A stretch of 25,759 nucleotides of DNA from Polyangiales bacterium (GCA_038230375.1 JBBRNJ010000105.1:1-25759); one strand, 5' to 3'; numbered from the stretch's first letter, positions 1-8,308 are shown. The notes: generated by a model from the sequence alone, not told the origin. Made by a program: numbers and translations.

Positions 1-125
1 GACCTCGACCTCGACCTCGACCTCACCCTCGACCTCGACCTCGACCTCACCCTCGACCTCGACCTCGACCTCACCCTCGACCTCACCCTCACCTTCGACC
101 TCACCCTCGACCTCACCCTCCTCCC
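1..125 (+). repeat. Imperfect hexamer tandem repeat (GACCTC/ACCCTC)n encoding a (Thr-Ser/Pro-Ser)n linker
   Basis: About 20 hexamer units seen directly. The frame starting at 2 reads TSTSTSTSPSTSTS...SPSPPPD and runs without a stop into MLLVPAG at 143. Confidence 0.9.
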
Positions 126-889
126 CTTCCCCTCCCCCCGACATGCTCCTCGTTCCGGCCGGTGCCTTCATGATGGGCGCGGACTCGATCGGTGAGGAGG
201 ATGAGCATCCTTCTCATCTCGTAGAGGTCGCCGCGTTCTTCCTCGATCGCACCGAGGTGACGCAGTCTGCCTATCAGGCGTGTGTCGCTGCGAAGGCTTG
301 TACGCCGCCGGATCCGGGGACGCTCGTGAAGGGGGGCACCAAGTTTCGGGGGCCGCGAAAGCCCGTGACGGGGGTGTCGTGGTTCGATGCGCGCGCGTAT
401 TGCACGTGGAGCGGCAAGCGTCTGCCTCGCGAGGCGGAGATGGAGAAGGCATCGCGCGGGACCGACGGGCGTCGCTATCCGTGGGGCAACGATCTCGCGA
501 CGCCAGAGATCACCGTGTTCGGGACCTCGTGGCCAGACGACGTAGGCGCGCATCCGAAGGGCCGCGGCCCGTACGGGCACGACGACCTTGCCGGCAACGT
601 GTGGGAGTGGATGCAGGACGACTACGATCCGTACGCGTACCGCCGCGCAGGCGCGGACAAGGGCATTCCTGGAACGTGCGAAGAGATCAGACGCGCACAG
701 GACGAGCTGCGACGCGACCACAAGCAGGGATTCACGGGCTCCAACCCGATCCCCGTGGTGTGCGAGAAATCGATCCGCGGCGGCGCCTACAACTACGGCG
801 CAGAGGGCCTGCGATCGTCGAACCGCGTGCACCACCCGGGTCACTTCCGCCTCTTGATGACGGGCCTTCGCTGCGCCAAGGACGCGTGA
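2..889 (+). CDS. Formylglycine-generating enzyme (SUMF1/EgtB/PvdO) family protein, 5'-truncated by the window edge
   Basis: Motifs VPAGAFMMG, FFLDRTEVT, PVTGVSWFDA, KRLPREAEMEKA, YPWGN, DLAGNVWEW, RGG and GLRC. The frame is open to the window start through the Ser/Thr linker, so the ATG at 143 is probably internal. Confidence 0.9.
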   Translation, partial: TSTSTSTSPSTSTSTSPSTSTSTSPSTSPSPSTSPSTSPSSPSPPPDMLLVPAGAFMMGADSIGEEDEHPSHLVEVAAFFLDRTEVTQSAYQACVAAKACTPPDPGTLVKGGTKFRGPRKPVTGVSWFDARAYCTWSGKRLPREAEMEKASRGTDGRRYPWGNDLATPEITVFGTSWPDDVGAHPKGRGPYGHDDLAGNVWEWMQDDYDPYAYRRAGADKGIPGTCEEIRRAQDELRRDHKQGFTGSNPIPVVCEKSIRGGAYNYGAEGLRSSNRVHHPGHFRLLMTGLRCAKDA

Positions 890-1960
890 TCAGGCGCTCT
901 GTTCCAGGCGGGAGAGCAGCTTCTCGACCCGCAGCATCGCTTGCATGTTCGAGATGCGGTGCGCGTGGTCCATGGCCGCGAAGAGGTGCGTCTGCTCCGT
1001 GAGTACGCGCGATGGGTCGTGCTCGAGCATGGACACGTAGTGCTCGAAGATGACGTCCGGCATGGGTCGCGTGCGCTTCCTCACCGCATGCCGCACCACC
1101 GCGTGAACCGTGAGACGACCGGGCGCGACCTCCTGCACCAGATGCCAGCGGCGCAGCGCGCTGATGTCCGCCGCGTCACGCGTGCGTGCGAGCTTCATGA
1201 GCGAGGCGACGTCCGTGTCGTCACCGAACGCATGCGCAAGAACCCCGAGCGCACGGCGGCTCCCCGCGGAGAGACGCGACCAGGCCCATGACACGAGGAG
1301 CGCGACCTCCGGAAGGTCGTCCTCGTGCTCCATCACGTGCACGTCCGACACGCCGTGCGCATCCAAAAACCGCGCGAGCGCAGGTGCGGTCGTCGCGCGC
1401 GAGGCCACGAACGCGTCCGCGATGTCGAGCGCGAGCGGGCTCCACCGCAGGCGCCGCGTCAGCGACGCCACCCGGGGAAATGCGCTCTCCCCGGAGGTGA
1501 CCTGCGGTGCGGTCACGGGAAAGAGCAGCACGCCAGACAGCAGGCAACGACGCGCGGTGATGATGAACGTGGTGGGCGAAGGCGCGAGCGCCATGAGGAG
1601 CCGCGCAGTGGCTGCGTCGTCCTCGTGATTGTCGAGCACGACCAGGCTGGGCTCCGCGAGGGCGGAGAGCAGGCCACGCACGATCTTCGCGCGGTCACGC
1701 GTGGTGCCGAAGCGCACCGCGAGCATCTCGACGAGCGTGCGGTAGTCCCACGCGCCGATGCGAAACCAGAAGAGCCGACCCGCGAATCGCGGGGCCACGC
1801 GATGCGCCAACGCCGCCGCCAGCATCGACTTGCCGCTGCCACCCGAACCCACCAGCGCGATGCGTGCACCTCGGGTCAGCGCATGCGCGAGCGTGACGAG
1901 CTCCGCGCGGCGTCCACGAAGACCGCGCGGCAGCGGCGGGAATGCGGAGGTGTGGCTCAC
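890..1960 (-). CDS. NB-ARC/STAND-like P-loop ATPase without effector or long sensor domain
   Basis: LRGRRAEL (hhGRE-like), Walker A GSGGSGKS, Walker B LVVLDNHED, sensor-1 FIITAR, WSPLAL (GxP/ARC1-like) and VHAVVR (MHD-like). Start set at GTG 1960 to avoid overlap with the divergent gene. Confidence 0.7.
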   Translation of the reverse strand: MSHTSAFPPLPRGLRGRRAELVTLAHALTRGARIALVGSGGSGKSMLAAALAHRVAPRFAGRLFWFRIGAWDYRTLVEMLAVRFGTTRDRAKIVRGLLSALAEPSLVVLDNHEDDAATARLLMALAPSPTTFIITARRCLLSGVLLFPVTAPQVTSGESAFPRVASLTRRLRWSPLALDIADAFVASRATTAPALARFLDAHGVSDVHVMEHEDDLPEVALLVSWAWSRLSAGSRRALGVLAHAFGDDTDVASLMKLARTRDAADISALRRWHLVQEVAPGRLTVHAVVRHAVRKRTRPMPDVIFEHYVSMLEHDPSRVLTEQTHLFAAMDHAHRISNMQAMLRVEKLLSRLEQSA

Positions 1961-1979
1961 CCGTGTAGACTGTAGTCGA
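1961..1979. promoter_or_regulatory. Candidate bidirectional overlapping -10 promoter (leaderless or near-leaderless on both strands)
   Basis: TAGACT on + (1966-1971) lies 8 nt before ATG 1980. TACAGT on - (1974-1969) lies 8 nt before GTG 1960. No SD on either side. Confidence 0.5.
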
Positions 1980-3290
1980 ATGCGCCGGCCTTGGCTCAAC
2001 GTGGATGCAGGTGAGCTGCCGGACGAGGCGCCGGAGCTCTATGCCCTGGCGCACGGCGTGAGCATCGCGTGCGGCGGCCATGCGGGAGACACGGTCTCGA
2101 TGAGCCACGCGCTGGATATGTGCAAACTGCACCGATGTCGCGCGGGCGCGCATCCGTCCACGTGGGACCGAGAGGGCTTCGGTCGGCGCGACGTTGACAT
2201 GCCCGTGCCGATCCTCGCGACCGCTGTCTTCGGACAATGCGCGTCGCTACGTCAGCTCGCGGACCACCGCGGGATGCGCCTCTCTCACATGAAGCCGCAC
2301 GGCGCGCTCTACCATGCGGCGAACCGCGATCTGGAGCTCGCGCGCGCGATCGTGGAGGCCGCCAAGAACGCGCTGGATGCGCAGATTGTCATCGTGGGGC
2401 CTGCGGACGGCGCGCTGTCCGTGGCGGCGCGCGAGGCGGGGCTTGGCTACGCGCGCGAGGGCTTCGCCGATCGTGGTACGCGCGCAGAGGGCTCTCTCAT
2501 CCCGCGCGGCGAGCCCGGCGCGCTGATCACGGATCCAGTGGCTGCCGCGCGTACGGCCAGGACGCTCGCGCTCGGCGGCGCGGTGGACACGCTGTGCGTG
2601 CACGGGGACTCGCCGGGCGCGCTCGAGATCGCGCGGGCCGTCCGTGCGGAGCTGGACATGCTCGCGTGCTTCGCGCGGCTCGGGGACCGTGCGTGGGTCG
2701 CGGAGCTGCCAGCGGGCGGGGACGCGCGCGCGCTCTTTTCTCGGCTGCGCGCGCTGCCCCACGCCAGGGACGTCGTGATCACGGATGCACGCGTTGCGAT
2801 CTACGGGGACGTGGAGCTGGCTGCGGTGCACGCCGCGCTCGTCGCGGGCACGGACGCCGCGCAGAAGGAAGGGGCGGACAACGCAGGCACGCCCGCGACG
2901 CACGTGGTCCGCGTCCGCTACGACGGGGAAGATCTCGTCGCGGTGGCGCGCGCGTGCGGATTCACCGAGGCGGAGCTCGTCGCTCGCCACACGCAAGCCA
3001 CCTACGACGTGAAGATGATCGGATTCATGCCCGGCTTCGCCTATCTCGGCTCGCTTTCAGAAGAGCTGCGCGTGCCACGTCGAGCGGTACCGCGCGTGCG
3101 CGTGCCGGCGGGAGCCGTTGGAATAGCTGCACACTACACGGGTATCTATCCGTTCGCGTCGCCTGGCGGATGGAACCTCCTGGGCCGCGTGGTGGACTTC
3201 GTGGCGTGGGATCCCTCGCGCGGGGCCACGCTGGCCCTGGGCGATCGCGTGCGCTTCGAGGCCGCGCCACCGCAGGAAGGAAAGTCTTGA
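1980..3290 (+). CDS. pxpA: 5-oxoprolinase PxpA (LamB/YcsF) fused to PxpB (carboxyltransferase/AHS1-like domain)
   Basis: N-half: LNVDAGE, IACGGHAGD, GAHPS, HMKPHGALY, EGFADRG, TLCVHGDSPGA. C-half in the same frame: RLGDRA, VRYDGEDL, IGFMPGFAYL, PRVRVPAGAVGIA, GIYPFASPGGWNLLGR, GDRVRF. Confidence 0.85.
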   Translation: MRRPWLNVDAGELPDEAPELYALAHGVSIACGGHAGDTVSMSHALDMCKLHRCRAGAHPSTWDREGFGRRDVDMPVPILATAVFGQCASLRQLADHRGMRLSHMKPHGALYHAANRDLELARAIVEAAKNALDAQIVIVGPADGALSVAAREAGLGYAREGFADRGTRAEGSLIPRGEPGALITDPVAAARTARTLALGGAVDTLCVHGDSPGALEIARAVRAELDMLACFARLGDRAWVAELPAGGDARALFSRLRALPHARDVVITDARVAIYGDVELAAVHAALVAGTDAAQKEGADNAGTPATHVVRVRYDGEDLVAVARACGFTEAELVARHTQATYDVKMIGFMPGFAYLGSLSEELRVPRRAVPRVRVPAGAVGIAAHYTGIYPFASPGGWNLLGRVVDFVAWDPSRGATLALGDRVRFEAAPPQEGKS

Positions 3291-4105
3291 AGCAGCTATC
3301 CGTCCTCCGTGTCGCGGGCCTGTGCACCGTTCAGGATCTGGGGCGCCCGGGGTTCATGCACATGGGCGTGCCGGTGGGCGGTGCGCTGGTGCCGGAGCTC
3401 TGCGCGCGCGCGAACGCCGCGGCCAGGAACGGAGCGTCGGAGGCGGTGCTCGAGCTCGTCGGCGCGATCACCGTTCGTGCGGAGAACGCGCTGCTGATCG
3501 GCACGGACGACGGACACTCACACGAGGTCGGCGCAGGTCAGACCCTCGCGCTCGCTCCCAGCCCGCACGTTCGCTACCTGGCTGTGCGCGGAGGACTCGC
3601 GCTCCCCGTCGTGCTTGGTGGCCGCGGCACACTTCTGGTCGCAAGACTGGGCGGACACGACGGGCGGGTGCTCGTTGCGGGCGACGTGCTGCCGGTGGGC
3701 GAAGCGGTGCCGGAGGAGCGCACGCTCGAGGAGGCGCCACGTGCCACCGCGCCGGTGCGCGTACTCGCGGGTCCCGACGAGGCGTGGTTCCAGGCCGGGC
3801 TAGAACAGCTCACGGAGGTCACGTGGCACATAGGAACGCGACGCGACCGCGCTGGCGTGCTGCTGACGGGCGCGCACGTCCTGCGTGTCGGCGATGCCCC
3901 GCGGTCCGTCGCGCCTGTGGAGGCGCGGGCCTCCGCACCGATGGTCTGCGGCGCGATCCAGGTGCCTCCGTCGGGCGAGCCGATCGTACTTGGGCCCGAC
4001 CATCCGACCACTGGCGGCTATCCGGTCGTCGCCGTGATCGCCACAGCCGACCTTGGCTCGTTCTTCATGCGCGGGCCGGGCGCCAGCGTCCGCTTTTCAC
4101 GCTAG
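3287..4105 (+). CDS. pxpC: 5-oxoprolinase subunit PxpC (AHS2 / biotin-dependent carboxyltransferase family)
   Basis: TTG start overlaps the upstream stop (TTGA). Motifs TVQDLGRPG, YLAVRGG, VLGGRGT, VRVLAGP, DRAGVLL, GAIQVPPSGEPIVLGPDHPTTGGYP. Confidence 0.85.
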   Translation: MKQLSVLRVAGLCTVQDLGRPGFMHMGVPVGGALVPELCARANAAARNGASEAVLELVGAITVRAENALLIGTDDGHSHEVGAGQTLALAPSPHVRYLAVRGGLALPVVLGGRGTLLVARLGGHDGRVLVAGDVLPVGEAVPEERTLEEAPRATAPVRVLAGPDEAWFQAGLEQLTEVTWHIGTRRDRAGVLLTGAHVLRVGDAPRSVAPVEARASAPMVCGAIQVPPSGEPIVLGPDHPTTGGYPVVAVIATADLGSFFMRGPGASVRFSR

Positions 4106-4360
4106 CTCGCGCAGCAGCGCAACACCGGCGCCGGTGATGCGGTACGCGTGCCCGTTGTCGCCTGCGTCGCGCTCGTCCTCTTCACCGTCGGGGGCCTCGC
4201 CGTACTCCATGAGCGCCTCCACCAGGCCCAGGTCGCAGAGTCGCGTCAGGAGCGCCACCTCCTCCGCAGAAAGCTCGGACGCACGAAGGCCGCCGTGGTC
4301 CTCGTCCGACACGCGAACCTCGCGCAGAAGGGAGATCTCCGCGGGAGATAGTTGCATCAT
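4097..4360 (-). CDS. Small hypothetical protein, possibly winged-helix-like
   Basis: 87 aa, last gene of a minus-strand operon. LTRLCDLGLVE...YRITGAGVALL resembles a wHTH recognition helix and wing. Confidence 0.55.
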   Translation of the reverse strand: MMQLSPAEISLLREVRVSDEDHGGLRASELSAEEVALLTRLCDLGLVEALMEYGEAPDGEEDERDAGDNGHAYRITGAGVALLRELA

Positions 4361-4397
4361 GCACTCTTACACATGAGCCGGTTGCGCGTGCGCGGAC

Positions 4398-4865
4398 TCA
4401 GGTGCGCACGCGCCAGTTGCCGACGATGGTCTTCGACAGCTCGTCGCACGTGGGGTCCGTGACCACGACCTCGGGCCGGGCGTTGCGGCACGCGAGGATC
4501 ACGTTCTGGCGGAAAACACGGCCGAACGCGACCGCCTCGTCGCGGTCCATGCCGTGCACCAGCCACGACGGCTCGCGCCACGTGCCCTCTGGATCCTCTT
4601 CGTAGCCAACGCACGTCTCCACGCGGTAGCAGCCCAGGATGAGGAGATCGCGCATCACGTTGTGGCGCGCGTCGTTCACCTTGCGCGGCAGCAGCATCGA
4701 GCGCGGGTTGAACGCAGTGAGGACCACGAACGGCTTCGTGAGGAGCTCGGGCAGCGTGGACGGATCCGTCACGATGTCCCCGTCCATGGACGCGCGGAGC
4801 GGGCCGTTGACCGTGGGGAGCTCGTACACCGTGGCGAGGTACTGGCGAAGGAGGTTTGCGTCCAT
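4398..4865 (-). CDS. DUF3293 family protein
   Basis: YLATVY, VLTAFNPRS, N...H, WREPSWLV and GRVFRQNVI match the DUF3293 pattern. AGGA SD precedes ATG 4865. Confidence 0.75.
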   Translation of the reverse strand: MDANLLRQYLATVYELPTVNGPLRASMDGDIVTDPSTLPELLTKPFVVLTAFNPRSMLLPRKVNDARHNVMRDLLILGCYRVETCVGYEEDPEGTWREPSWLVHGMDRDEAVAFGRVFRQNVILACRNARPEVVVTDPTCDELSKTIVGNWRVRT

Positions 4866-4885
4866 GTTGTCTTTCCTGGAGGTGC

Positions 4886-5593
4886 CTATCCGTCGAATCT
4901 GTAGCCCACGCCGCGCACGGTCTGGAAATGCTTCGGCGCGGTCGGGTCGATCTCCAGCTTTGCGCGGAGCTGCTGCATGAAGTTGTCGATCGTGCGCGGC
5001 GTGCCGTGATGGTTCGGCCCCCACACATGAGAGAAGATCGCGTCGCGCGAGAGCACGCGGCCGCGCTGCGAGAGCAGGAACACGAGGACGTCGAACTCGG
5101 TGGCGGTCATCTCCACCTCTGCGCCTGCGCGGCGCACGGTGCGCGCATCCACGTCCACGAGCACGTCGCCAAAGGTGACCGCGCTTGCACGCGACGGCTG
5201 CGCGCTCCGACGAAGGGCTGCCTTCACGCGCGCAAGCAGCTCCGCCAGGCTGAACGGCTTCGCGACATAGTCCTCCGCACCGAGCTCGAGGCCCGTGACC
5301 TTGTCCATCTCCCCGGTGCGCGCAGACAGCACGATGATGGGCATGGTGAAGCCCTCCTTGCGGAGCGTGTCCAGCACCTCGAGCCCGTTCATCTTCGGGA
5401 GCATGATGTCCAGGATCACCAGGTCGGGGCGCTCGCTGCGCGCGAGCTCGAGCCCACGCTCACCATCGTCGGCGATGCGCACGTCGTAGCCTTCGCTCGT
5501 GAGGTTGATGCGGAGGCCAAGCGAGATGCTGCTGTCGTCCTCGACGACGAGCACTCTATGCTTTGGCTTTGTCTTCGCGTTCGGCTGCGTCAT
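4886..5593 (-). CDS. OmpR/PhoB-family DNA-binding response regulator
   Basis: Receiver motifs VLVVEDD, LDIMLP (phospho-Asp) and DYVAKPF. Winged-helix output RTIDNFMQQLRAKLE...TVRGVGYRF. Confidence 0.93.
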   Translation of the reverse strand: MTQPNAKTKPKHRVLVVEDDSSISLGLRINLTSEGYDVRIADDGERGLELARSERPDLVILDIMLPKMNGLEVLDTLRKEGFTMPIIVLSARTGEMDKVTGLELGAEDYVAKPFSLAELLARVKAALRRSAQPSRASAVTFGDVLVDVDARTVRRAGAEVEMTATEFDVLVFLLSQRGRVLSRDAIFSHVWGPNHHGTPRTIDNFMQQLRAKLEIDPTAPKHFQTVRGVGYRFDG

Positions 5594-6605
5594 CGGGGGG
5601 TGCCGGCGCGCCCTTTCCCCGCGCGTCAAGGACCTTCGTACTGATGGACCTCTCCAGGATCAAGCTGAAGGTTGATCCTTTTCCTTTTTCGCTCCGGACG
5701 CCGACCTCCGCCTGGTGCGCGCGCGCGATGTGCTTCACGATCGCAAGGCCCAATCCGCTGCCCTCGCGCGTGCGCGAGAGGCGGTCGTCGATGCGGTAGA
5801 ATTTCTGGAAGATGCGGCGCTGCTCGGCCGGCTCGATGCCTGCGCCGTTGTCCGTGACCTCGAACGCCACGTCGCCCTCGGGATCGAGCTTCACGTCCAG
5901 CGTCACCACCGGCGGGGTGCCTCCATATTTGCGCGCGTTGGAGAGCAAGTTGACGAGCGCGTCGACCACGGCAGCGCGATCCACGCGCACATCCGGCAGG
6001 TGGGGTGCAACGTGGGTCTCGAACGTGAGCGCGTCGTCGGCGTACTTGTGAGGCGCATAGGCGCGCACCACGTCGTCGACGATGTCCTCGACCTTCTCGG
6101 TGCGCAGATCGTAGATCTTGCGACCGGCCTCCATGCGTCCCCAGTCGAGGAGGCGCTCGATCAAGCGCGTGAGCCGCTCGGACTCGCCCACCAAGAGCTG
6201 CAAGCATTGATCGATCGTCTCCTGATCGCCCTTGCTCCGCTCCATGGTCTCCGCAAAGAGCCGGATGGCGGTGAGCGGCGTTCGGAGCTCATGGCTCACC
6301 TTGGACACGAAGTCGGCCTGTAGCTCGGAGAGGTTTGCCTCGCGATTGACGAACACGATGACCAGCACGACGCCGGTGACGACGACGGCCACGAAGCTGA
6401 TCGTCAAGAGCCCGAAGACCAGGTTGATGCGGCCTTCCAGGAACATCGAGATGATGCCGATGGCGAGCAGGAGCACCGTCGGGATGATCACCAGGTAGAC
6501 GAGCAGCTGGACGATGCGCCGGTAGCCAAGGCGCTGCCAGTTGCGCGTGGGGCGCACGCGTGCCGGCGGCGACTCGCTCTTTGTGCGCGATGTCTCCGTC
6601 GTCAT
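5556..6605 (-). CDS. Sensor histidine kinase (HisKA + HATPase_c) with two closely spaced TM helices
   Basis: H-box SHELRTPL, N-box NLLSNARKY, G1 TDNGAGI, F-box IFQKFYR, G2 GSGLGLAI. Two hydrophobic segments are joined by about 6 residues. Confidence 0.93.
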   Translation of the reverse strand: MTTETSRTKSESPPARVRPTRNWQRLGYRRIVQLLVYLVIIPTVLLLAIGIISMFLEGRINLVFGLLTISFVAVVVTGVVLVIVFVNREANLSELQADFVSKVSHELRTPLTAIRLFAETMERSKGDQETIDQCLQLLVGESERLTRLIERLLDWGRMEAGRKIYDLRTEKVEDIVDDVVRAYAPHKYADDALTFETHVAPHLPDVRVDRAAVVDALVNLLSNARKYGGTPPVVTLDVKLDPEGDVAFEVTDNGAGIEPAEQRRIFQKFYRIDDRLSRTREGSGLGLAIVKHIARAHQAEVGVRSEKGKGSTFSLILERSISTKVLDARGKGAPAPPDDAAEREDKAKA

Positions 6606-6611
6606 GCGCTC

Positions 6612-7397
6612 TCAGTGGTTCCTGGCGTGCTCGAGGCAGAGTGACCGCGGGCGTCCGCACTTCTCGCACGAGCACACGCGGATGTCGGCGCCGTCGTCCT
6701 GACGTGCTCCGCAGATCGCGCAGGACTTGCCCTCCGGCTTCGCGGGTGGCGCGCTTTCCTTCCAGCCCGCGCGGCGTGCTCCCTGGCGCACCGCGACGTT
6801 GCGATCACGAAGGCGTGCGCGCCAGTGTCCTGCGAAAAAGAGCACGTAGTTCGACAGCGCGCAGATGATGGCCACGCGCGTGGCCCAGTCGCCCGACACC
6901 ACCGAGAACAAGAGGAACGCGAAGGAGATGAGCCCGAGCCACTTCACCTTCACGGGGATGATCAACATCATGATCTCGTGTTCGGGGAACACGGTGGCCA
7001 GCGCGAACAGCAGCGACATGTTCAGCCAGTCGTTACCAACGCCATGACCCACGATCACGGCGCCGACCGTGGTGCCGAGCATGCCGATGAGATAGTAGAG
7101 GTTGAACTTGAACGTCCCCCACTCGCTCTCCAGGCTGCGCCCCACGAAGAGCGTGAAAGAGAACGCGAAGATGACCCACCAGATCGACATGCTGGGTGGG
7201 ATGAAGAGATACGAGAACAGGCGCCACACCTGTCCCTGCTGCACGCGATCCAGGTCAAGGCGGAGCCACGGGATGAACTCCGGTCGTACGTAGGCGAGCA
7301 CGAACACCGCGGCCATGCCGCCGACGATGTAGTTCGTCAGGTTCGGGATGGCGTACTTGCCGACCTTGCGTTCGAGGCGTGCGAGGAGTCGTTCCAC
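6612..7397 (-). CDS. Rhomboid/derlin-like membrane protein with a C-terminal Cys/His zinc-finger-like tail
   Basis: GQVWRLFSYLF (WR motif), GRSLESEWG, multiple TM segments. Tail CAICG...CSCEKC...CLEH. No GxSG catalytic motif seen. Confidence 0.7.
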   Translation of the reverse strand: MERLLARLERKVGKYAIPNLTNYIVGGMAAVFVLAYVRPEFIPWLRLDLDRVQQGQVWRLFSYLFIPPSMSIWWVIFAFSFTLFVGRSLESEWGTFKFNLYYLIGMLGTTVGAVIVGHGVGNDWLNMSLLFALATVFPEHEIMMLIIPVKVKWLGLISFAFLLFSVVSGDWATRVAIICALSNYVLFFAGHWRARLRDRNVAVRQGARRAGWKESAPPAKPEGKSCAICGARQDDGADIRVCSCEKCGRPRSLCLEHARNH

Positions 7398-7404
7398 GCC
7401 GGAG

Positions 7405-7410
7405 ACCTTA
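7405..7410 (-). promoter_or_regulatory. Candidate -10 element (TAAGGT) for a leaderless transcript
   Basis: TAnnnT hexamer 7 nt before GTG 7397, with no SD. Confidence 0.35.
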
Positions 7411-7444
7411 GCGCAGCGGCTCCACGGACGCGGTCGATTTCAGC

Positions 7445-8050
7445 TCAGTTGAGCGGCGAGCCGCACAGGATCCACGGCTTGATGATGGTGTCCAGGTCCG
7501 ACTGCGACGGTATGTCCGTCATGCCGAGCGGCATGTGATTGCCTGCCGACGGAACGCCAGCATCACCGTTCTTGTTCTCCAGGTTGCCGAGGAAGGCGCT
7601 CTTCGTCGGATCCGTGGAGCAAGGATTGACGTACGGCAAGCCGCCCGCGCCGTTCGTGTACAGATGCTTGTATGTGAACGCGGGATCGTCGACGTTGATC
7701 TTCGGCTCGCTTCCGCCCTGCGGATCGTGGCAGCCGGACGCGGCGCATCCCCACGTGCCCGCAGCGCCGAGCTTCTTGCCGAGGATGTCCTTGGTGAAGC
7801 TGATGCTGCATCCGCCATCACCCGCGACCGGCGCGCAGAGATTGGCAACGCTCGCGTCCGCGCCTGCCGTGTTGTTGTTGTTGGAGTCAGCGCCCTGCGC
7901 GTTGGGCGGGCCTGGTGCGGTCTTGCCGGAGAGGTCTCCAGGGTCGCCGCAGTTGACGTCCTTTCCGCACTCGTGCACGGGCTCGCTGCAGTGAACGATG
8001 AACGCGAGCGCCGAGGCGCCGAAAACTACGAGAGCGGCAATTCGTTTCAT
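7445..8050 (-). CDS. Putative lipoprotein, monoheme c-type cytochrome-like (CX4CH, distal Met in HMP)
   Basis: Signal peptide ending FIVH-C. CAASGCH at 7727-7747. Downstream DPTKSAFL...NHMP...PWI resembles planctomycete-type cytochrome c domains. Confidence 0.6.
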   Translation of the reverse strand: MKRIAALVVFGASALAFIVHCSEPVHECGKDVNCGDPGDLSGKTAPGPPNAQGADSNNNNTAGADASVANLCAPVAGDGGCSISFTKDILGKKLGAAGTWGCAASGCHDPQGGSEPKINVDDPAFTYKHLYTNGAGGLPYVNPCSTDPTKSAFLGNLENKNGDAGVPSAGNHMPLGMTDIPSQSDLDTIIKPWILCGSPLN

Positions 8051-8278
8051 GAGGGCCCCTCATTGTGGGAAGCAAACACCACCTCGCGCAAGTCGTTTCG
8101 GTGGGGAGCCTGACCTTGCTCGCCATGTCGATTCCTGGTCTGTTGTACGGGCCACAGGCCACTCCGGATCAACGGCGCGGACGATCCGCAGAACCGAAGC
8201 CGCACGTCATGGAAACCGCGCGGCGCATGCTTGTTGGGAATGAAACCCACAGCAATTTCGATGGATCGATTTTTACCA

Positions 8279-8308
8279 CTGACAGCAAAGTGGGGGCGCT
8301 GCTACTCT
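8279..8308 (+). promoter_or_regulatory. Candidate sigma70-type promoter for the DUF4266 gene
   Basis: CTGACA (8279-8284), 18-nt spacer, TACTCT (8303-8308) with an extended TG at 8300-8301. Confidence 0.4.

Noticed and set aside
1..125. Possible CRISPR array or telomere-like repeat
   Set aside because: The unit is 6 bp with no unique spacers and reads in frame as a Ser/Thr linker.
1758..1979. Longer N-terminus for PxpA (ORF from 1758)
   Set aside because: It overlaps the opposite-strand ATPase. LamB/YcsF similarity begins just after ATG 1980.
2237..3286. 622-aa ORF 2237-4105 as one protein
   Set aside because: The first 350 codons are Arg/Gly/Ala-rich off-frame shadow of pxpA-B. PxpC motifs start at TTG 3287.
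4866..5024. N-terminal extension of the DUF3293 ORF
   Set aside because: It overlaps the response regulator in another frame, and an SD-preceded ATG exists at 4865.
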